The translations under genes and the position numbers were made by a program. From positions 450,001 to 482,000 of the forward strand of contig JBJLBP010000001.1 in NCBI GenBank assembly GCA_045568075.1: a stretch of DNA of 32,000 bases, read 5' to 3'. Numbering within the stretch: the stretch's first letter is position 1; each line of letters starts with the position of its first letter. Origin of the DNA: Candidatus Thalassarchaeaceae archaeon (lineage in GTDB: Archaea; Thermoplasmatota; Poseidoniia; Poseidoniales; Thalassarchaeaceae). Below the pieces are notes generated by a model. It saw only the letters and a program-made list of their open reading frames with translations, did no database searches and had not been told where the DNA came from. Shown here one piece after another: positions 26,620 through 32,000 of the stretch.

Positions 26620-26660
26620 ATCAATGATGCCGGGAATAGGACTAAATCTCAAATGTCAAT

Positions 26661-27239
26661 ATGCAGAACATGGTCGAGATACTATGTCCGCATTGCGATG
26701 AAGAAATAGAGTTGGATGACGACTCGTCCGGGGTATTTGCTTGTCCATATTGCGATGGGGAATTTGAGTGGAATGTTGATCCTACCCCTTCAAAATCAGG
26801 TGGAAAAGGCGCTGAAAATAAGGGTCCAGAAGTAAGTTTCAATGGTGATGATACTAGTCTTAGAACCTATGCAATAATCGCAGTCGTTTTGGGCTCATTA
26901 GCTGCTTTTACCTCTATTTGCTCTGCAACCATTCCAATTTTCGGACTTTGTAATCTTCTTCTCGTTCTTCCAGGAGTAGTTATTTCATTCATGAACAAAA
27001 ACAAACTTAAGCAATATCCAGAAAGTTCTCACAAAGGTATGGTTAATGCTGGGTTTTGGCTAGCTGTAGCAGCCGGTTCAATTACTATTTTGGCTCAGAT
27101 TGTTTGGTTAGTGCTGATCTTAATTGCCCCAGAATCAAGTGGAGAGTGGTTCCAATGCGCCGATGGTTTCGGGGAAATTCCAATCGAATGGGTCAATGAC
27201 GGAGACATTGATTGCTTTGATGGTTCTGACGAATCCTAG
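26661..27239 (+). CDS. Zinc-ribbon / 3-TM membrane protein with C-terminal LDL-receptor class-A-like Ca-binding motif
   Basis: It has an N-terminal CPHC-x15-CPYC ribbon, three hydrophobic helices and a C-terminal CADGFGEIPIEWVNDGDIDCFDGSDES. The start could also be ATG 26670. Confidence 0.7.
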   Translation: MQNMVEILCPHCDEEIELDDDSSGVFACPYCDGEFEWNVDPTPSKSGGKGAENKGPEVSFNGDDTSLRTYAIIAVVLGSLAAFTSICSATIPIFGLCNLLLVLPGVVISFMNKNKLKQYPESSHKGMVNAGFWLAVAAGSITILAQIVWLVLILIAPESSGEWFQCADGFGEIPIEWVNDGDIDCFDGSDES

Positions 27240-27421
27240 TCGCAAATAATCAAACGAAGTTCGATACAAACGAATAGTCTCACTGACGAGCTTGCTTACG
27301 AGCGGCCTTTCGCCTTCGGTTATGACAGACCTTGCCTCATCACTATGAGTCAATAGGTGCCCACTGATTCGAATCAACATCAAACCAATTCGCTTATATT
27401 TCGGAATCCAATAAGCAATAC

Positions 27422-28187
27422 ATGCGACAGATTGGATCAATTTTGTTGGTTGCTATCTTTCTGTCAAGCGCTATTCCAGGATGTCTTTCAGATTCCCAAG
27501 GTGGAATTACCCTTGTCGTCAATTATGAGAGCACTAACGGTACAGTTGTCGAATCATACATTGATGGTGAGCATGTCTCCACCCTCAATGTCTCGTTAGA
27601 GTTCGATTTCTCCAAGACTGCCTCTGAACGGCAGTTAATCGAATTCGGCGTGGACCCCGGAGACGGCAGAGATCCTGTGTCAGTTGCTTCAGATGCGGGC
27701 ACATCAATCACAGTTGAATTTGCGAGATCACGGAATCTATGAGATTGTTGCCTATGCTGTAGATGAACAGAATAGGCAAGAAAGCACGACTGTCGTAATC
27801 CGCATTGATTTGAATATTGAATGGTCAGAGTATTCCACGCATGAACCGAGTGATTTGTTGATTGACCCGATTCCAAAGAACAGTGGCCCCCATCCTTCTA
27901 CGATATTCATTGAGTCAACAGTTGAGAACCCAGAATTGATCGAAAACATAGGGGGCGGACGAGAAGTCGAGATTACCTGGCGACTATTCGACCAAGCGGA
28001 AGAAGCCTGTCTAATCCGGAAAGGGGTTGTTGAAGAAGGGGATTCCATCAATTGGGAAGCCTTTCACTACAACACGTACGAGATTCATGAATTGAGAATC
28101 AGTTATGACGAAGGACAAGACAACATCGATGTCGAACAGTCAATCTCAATCGAATACCAGCACCTCGAATCTGCCCCAAACCCGTGA
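27422..28187 (+). pseudogene. Lipoprotein with PKD/Ig-like domain, interrupted by a frameshift (ORFs 27422..27742 and 27684..28187)
   Basis: The first ORF carries a signal peptide with a lipobox-like LSSAIPGC. The second ORF is in the +1 frame and continues the domain: ...SITVEFA // DHGIYEIVAYAVDEQNRQESTTVVIRI, which is the GxYxVxxxVxD PKD pattern. The frames overlap by 59 nt. This could be a genuine pseudogene or an assembly error. Confidence 0.55.
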
Positions 28188-28201
28188 TTGGGATAGAAGA
28201 A

Positions 28202-29848
28202 TCAGATTTCTTGCCCGACAGCTGCTTTCAGTAGTCCGAGGAACGGCGGACTAGGACGGTTCGGTCGCGACTTGAATTCTGGATGATATTGAGTCCCGAC
28301 GAAGTAAGGATGTCCTTCCAATTCCATGATTTCACAGCGCTGCCCGGTCTCATCCTTCCCGACATAGACGAGGCCAGCTGCCTCGATGACCTCAATCAAT
28401 TCGGGATTGACTTCGTAGCGGTGGCGGTGTCGTTCATCGACATGTTCAGCGCCACCGTAGAGGCGGCGAATCTTGCAATCATCGACAAGGAATGGAGTCG
28501 GCTTGGTGCCGAGCCGCATAGTCCCGCCCATGTGAGTTTTCGAGATCTCAGGCATGAAGACGACAGCAGGGTTCGGAGTATTCTCATCGAACTCCGTCGA
28601 GTTTGCATTCTCAAGGCCCAAAACATTGCGGCAGAACTCGATTGTTGCAATCTGTAACCCGAGACAAACTCCCAGATATGGCACATTGTTCGTTCTAGCA
28701 TAATTAGCAGCAGCAATCTTGCCTTCAACGCCGCGGATTCCGAATCCACCAGGGACAAGAATTCCATCGGCCCCGCGTAACAAGTTCCATGCCTCATCGT
28801 GCTTATCCGATTTCTCAGTAGGGTCGAGGTCAGTGGATTCGATCCAATCGATGGACAATTTACGATCAACCGCTAAAGCGCTGTGCTGTAAGGCCTTGAT
28901 GACTGAGAGGTAGGAGTCTGAAAGACCGGTGTACTTCCCGACCATGGCGATGTTAACTTCTTCTTCGAGTCGGTCGACCTTGTCCGCCATCGCCTTCCAA
29001 TCATCGAGTAGAGGCATCGAATCTGGCACCTCAAATCCAAGATGTTGACTGACCTTACGCAATACCGATTGCTCGTGAAGTGAAATTGGAATCTGATACA
29101 GATTTGAGACGTCGTGAGCCGAGACAACGGCATCCTTGCCGACGTGACAGAAGGCCGCGAGCTTTGCTCGCGTCTCATCCTCGAGAGGATTTTCCGAGCG
29201 ACAAACGAGGATGTCTGGAATTATTCCCAATCCTCGAAGTTCTTTCACCGTGTGTTGAGTAGGTTTGGTTTTCTGTTCACCGACAGGCCCCATCACAGGG
29301 ACTAGGCTGACATGGACGAAGCAGACGTTTTCTTGTCCGACCCTGAATTGGAACTGGCGTAGCGCTTCGATGAATGGTGCGCTTTCGATATCACCAACAG
29401 TTCCTCCCAACTCGATGACACACGCGTCCGGTACTTCTCCAGATCCGTCCGCCGAAACGTGTGCAACACGCTCTATCCATTCTTGGATTTCATTGGTTAT
29501 GTGCGGCACGACCTGCACGGTCTTGCCGAGGTAATCGCCACGACGTTCCTTTTCGATTACATTGGCGTATACTTTGCCAGTAGTGATGTTATTTTCGCGT
29601 GTGAGCGCGACATCTAGGAATCTCTCGTAATTACCGAGGTCAAGATCGACTTCGCCGCCATCATCCAACACGAAAACTTCGCCATGCTCGAAGGGAGACA
29701 TTGTGCCGGCATCACTGTTGAGGTAAGGATCAATCTTGACTGAGGTGAGGCGCAGTCCTGCGGATTTTAGGAGAACACCGATGCTTGAAGCAGTGATTCC
29801 TTTACCCAGTCCAGAGAGGACGCCACCCGTGACTACGACATACTTCAT
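28202..29848 (-). CDS. pyrG: CTP synthase
   Basis: The N-terminus reads [22 protein letters not shown]. The glutaminase domain has the motifs GVCLGLQ and HRHRYEVN. The ORF is 548 aa. Confidence 0.95.
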   Translation of the reverse strand: MKYVVVTGGVLSGLGKGITASSIGVLLKSAGLRLTSVKIDPYLNSDAGTMSPFEHGEVFVLDDGGEVDLDLGNYERFLDVALTRENNITTGKVYANVIEKERRGDYLGKTVQVVPHITNEIQEWIERVAHVSADGSGEVPDACVIELGGTVGDIESAPFIEALRQFQFRVGQENVCFVHVSLVPVMGPVGEQKTKPTQHTVKELRGLGIIPDILVCRSENPLEDETRAKLAAFCHVGKDAVVSAHDVSNLYQIPISLHEQSVLRKVSQHLGFEVPDSMPLLDDWKAMADKVDRLEEEVNIAMVGKYTGLSDSYLSVIKALQHSALAVDRKLSIDWIESTDLDPTEKSDKHDEAWNLLRGADGILVPGGFGIRGVEGKIAAANYARTNNVPYLGVCLGLQIATIEFCRNVLGLENANSTEFDENTPNPAVVFMPEISKTHMGGTMRLGTKPTPFLVDDCKIRRLYGGAEHVDERHRHRYEVNPELIEVIEAAGLVYVGKDETGQRCEIMELEGHPYFVGTQYHPEFKSRPNRPSPPFLGLLKAAVGQEI

Positions 29849-29969
29849 GCAATCAACGGGGTTTGAAGCCGATATGACTCGCCTATGAATGTTGGCTCTT
29901 CCAAGCGGTGTCGATGAGATCTGTGAAGTGGCCTCGCAAGTCTAAGTATCGTCTGACTTACGAAACAGC

Positions 29970-30932
29970 ATGGCCGATACGCCAGGTTCGCGAATTTTGG
30001 TAACTGGCGCGCTCGGCCAGATTGGTACTGAACTGACTGAGGCTTTGCGCGAGCGTTACGGAGCGGATGCAGTTGTCGCGAGTGATGTGCGAGATTTACC
30101 CGACCACCCCTGCGTATTGGGCGGGCCTTACAGGAATCTGAGTGTGATCGACGCCGATGCCTTCGATCGAGTCGTAGTCGAGGAAGGCATCGGTACCGTC
30201 TATCATCTCGCTGCGATTCTCAGTGCAGCGGGTGAGAAGAAGCCGGAGTTATGCGAGCGAATCAATGTAGGTGGGACAGTCACTGTGCTTGAGGCCGCTC
30301 GGAATCATTCGCTGCGTGTTTACGCACCTTCTTCGATTGCAGTTTTTGGGCCTGATGCGCCTAAGCATGCGCCTCAGGAGTGTGCACTGAACCCGACCAC
30401 TATGTATGGCCAAACCAAAGTCACAGGAGAGCGTCTAGCGATGAATTACTGGAAGCAATACGGAGTTGATGTCCGCGGAATCCGCTATCCTGGGCTAGTT
30501 TCCTACAAGGCTCCGGCCGGAGGTGGCACGACCGATTACGCAGTCGATATTTTCCATCATGCTCTCAAAAACGGACACTACGATTGCTTCGTTCGTGGAG
30601 ATACAAGGTTACCGATGATGTACATGGATGATGCGATTCGTGCAACGATTGCCTTGATGGATGCACCAGTTGAGGCAATCGGGACAGCGCGCGGCGGCTA
30701 CAACCTCTCTGGATGCTCTTTCACGGCGACTGAATTGGCAGAGGCTGTTGGCGCACGTGTCCCGGGATTCACTTGCGACTTTTTGCCAGATGTCAGGCAG
30801 AAATATGCCGATTCATGGCCAGATTCTGTTGATGATGAGGCTGCTCAGTCCGATTGGGGCTGGGATGCTGAGTATGACTTGGATGCGATGTGCGATGCCA
30901 TGATCGCTGGCCTTCAGTCATCATCGATTTGA
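29970..30932 (+). CDS. tdh: SDR/epimerase-fold L-threonine 3-dehydrogenase-like protein
   Basis: Motifs are ILVTGALGQIGTEL, HLAAILSAAGE, PSSIAVFGP, the YxxxK site in TMYGQTK, RYPGLVSY...GGGTTDYAV and PMMYMDD. From memory this pattern matches short-chain TDHs (Thermoplasma/Flavobacterium/mammalian type). A generic NAD-dependent epimerase cannot be excluded. Confidence 0.65.
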   Translation: MADTPGSRILVTGALGQIGTELTEALRERYGADAVVASDVRDLPDHPCVLGGPYRNLSVIDADAFDRVVVEEGIGTVYHLAAILSAAGEKKPELCERINVGGTVTVLEAARNHSLRVYAPSSIAVFGPDAPKHAPQECALNPTTMYGQTKVTGERLAMNYWKQYGVDVRGIRYPGLVSYKAPAGGGTTDYAVDIFHHALKNGHYDCFVRGDTRLPMMYMDDAIRATIALMDAPVEAIGTARGGYNLSGCSFTATELAEAVGARVPGFTCDFLPDVRQKYADSWPDSVDDEAAQSDWGWDAEYDLDAMCDAMIAGLQSSSI

Positions 30933-32000
30933 TTCGACCAATCGGGTGTCTCAGGACCTGCCTGAGCCCAAAGGACATCGTCGATTCTTAGGACGTTGAT
31001 GGCAGCTTCAGTTGCACCAGTCAGAGCTTGGCGGGAGACAAATAGTGGATCATTTATGCCCGCTTTTGCCATATCGGTCTTTTTTCCACTCATCGCGTCG
31101 AGACCAAACCATGCGCCCTTCTTGGATTGGGCTGCTGACAGGGCGAGAATCTCGTCGATTGGGTCGAGCCCTGCATTCTCTGCGATTGCCCGCGGGATGA
31201 CTTCTAGTGCATCTGCAAAGCCCTCGATTGCGAGCTGTTCGCGTCCCTTCTGAGTTGTTGCATAGGCTCGCAGGTGGCGGGCCAAATGTATCTGAGTTCC
31301 TCCTCCGCCTGGTAGGATTCGTGGTTCTCTGACGAGTCTGAAGGCGACGCCGAGGGCGTCGTCGAAGGCTCGACTGACTTCTTCTCGCATTGCCGGTGTT
31401 GTTCCACGAAGAAGTGCAGTCATCGCCGCTCCTGTGCCGTCGATTCTGAGATGCCAAGCATCCTCGACCTTCTCCTCAGAGCGAGATGTGTAAGCGCCAA
31501 CATCGTCTGCTGAGATTCTGTTTGCGTCTCGTATCATGCGAGCGCCGGTCAAGACGCAAAGGCGCTCGAGGTCCTCTCGCTCGAATCGTCGGTATGCTGT
31601 GATTCCCGCTTTCTTGAGGAACGGCTCGGCATCATCTGCGATACCATCACGCACACATAGCAAGTCTATGTTGAGTGAAGCTAGAGATTCGACCTGCGTA
31701 GCCAACTTAGTTCGCTTTCGCTCAGCAAAACCAGCGAGCACACCTGTACTGCGAATCTCAATCTGCGCATCAAATTCCAATTCGCGCGTTTCAAGTCCAC
31801 CATCAATGATCGCGATTCTACCCCCCTCGGAGTGACTTGGAGTGGTGAAATCAAGGCGCTGCTTGCGAAGTACCAATCCATGCGCAATCTCAGAGTCAGC
31901 CGCTGCGCCGTCAGCCATTTTTAGCCTCTTCACACGCACACGCTCAAGGTCGTCTCCGCCCTCTTCTTCCGCGATTGCTCGTGCTGTTTCGATAGCCAAT
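30914..32000 (-). CDS. ths: Thermosome / group II chaperonin subunit (N-terminus beyond the right edge)
   Basis: The ORF is open to the right edge. It aligns by eye with the thermosome apical and C-terminal equatorial regions (LPGGGGTQIHLARHLRAYA...GREQLAIEGFADALEVIPRAIAENAGLDPID...INDPLFVSRQALTGATEAAINVLRIDDV). It overlaps tdh convergently by 19 nt. Confidence 0.85.
   Translation of the reverse strand, partial: LAIETARAIAEEEGGDDLERVRVKRLKMADGAAADSEIAHGLVLRKQRLDFTTPSHSEGGRIAIIDGGLETRELEFDAQIEIRSTGVLAGFAERKRTKLATQVESLASLNIDLLCVRDGIADDAEPFLKKAGITAYRRFEREDLERLCVLTGARMIRDANRISADDVGAYTSRSEEKVEDAWHLRIDGTGAAMTALLRGTTPAMREEVSRAFDDALGVAFRLVREPRILPGGGGTQIHLARHLRAYATTQKGREQLAIEGFADALEVIPRAIAENAGLDPIDEILALSAAQSKKGAWFGLDAMSGKKTDMAKAGINDPLFVSRQALTGATEAAINVLRIDDVLWAQAGPETPDWSNQIDDD

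Noticed and set aside
27135-27440. 101-aa minus-strand ORF across the 27240-27421 gap
   Set aside because: Its 3' third is antisense to the strongly motif-bearing LDLa-like C-terminus of the plus-strand gene, an overlap of about 100 nt. It has no SD, no TM and no motif. It is probably a shadow ORF.
27737-27743. Programmed +1 frameshift at CTA-TGA-G (prfB/antizyme style) joining the two lipoprotein ORFs
   Set aside because: Re-pairing of a Leu tRNA from CUA to UAU would be poor, and no SD-like stimulator lies just upstream. The homology signal in the +1 frame (DHGIY) starts before the stop codon, which points to an upstream indel instead.

Overview
This is a very compact window, about 95% coding by my gene calls, and it looks archaeal. 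It encodes a group II chaperonin (thermosome), a Cdc48/VAT double-ring AAA+ ATPase, a small PRC-barrel protein, a TtuA/Ncs6-type tRNA thiolase and split PyrB/PyrI. The proteins are acidic and GGAGG/GGTGA-type Shine-Dalgarno motifs are used heavily. My guess is a marine planktonic Thermoplasmatota-like archaeon (for example Poseidoniales/MGII), but that is inference only. The housekeeping genes are sdhC-sdhA-sdhB (sdhB runs off the left edge and is absent from the ORF track), an aldehyde dehydrogenase, cdc48, pyrB-pyrI-osmC, thrS, arcC, an ATP-NAD-kinase-like gene, pyrG, an SDR-type threonine dehydrogenase and a partial thermosome gene. By eye I found no rRNA, tRNA, CRISPR array, transposase, integrase or long DNA repeat. 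Five things seem worth a second look. (1) A co-directional cluster cdc48 / PRC-barrel / DUF4350-like / DUF58 / polytopic membrane protein (7567-14284). The membrane module normally partners a MoxR ATPase, but no MoxR is present and Cdc48 sits in that position. (2) A family-less three-gene membrane operon containing tandem paralogs (3717-5722). (3) A GHMP sugar-kinase gene abutting a large sequon-rich surface protein, followed by a membrane-anchored Ala/Glu helical-repeat protein (17615-22492). (4) A small segment (26620-28201) encoding a zinc-ribbon membrane protein that ends in an LDL-receptor class-A-like calcium-binding motif, plus a frameshifted PKD-like lipoprotein. (5) A perfect 14-bp palindrome in the longest intergenic gap. 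All family assignments come from motif recognition by eye; no searches were run.
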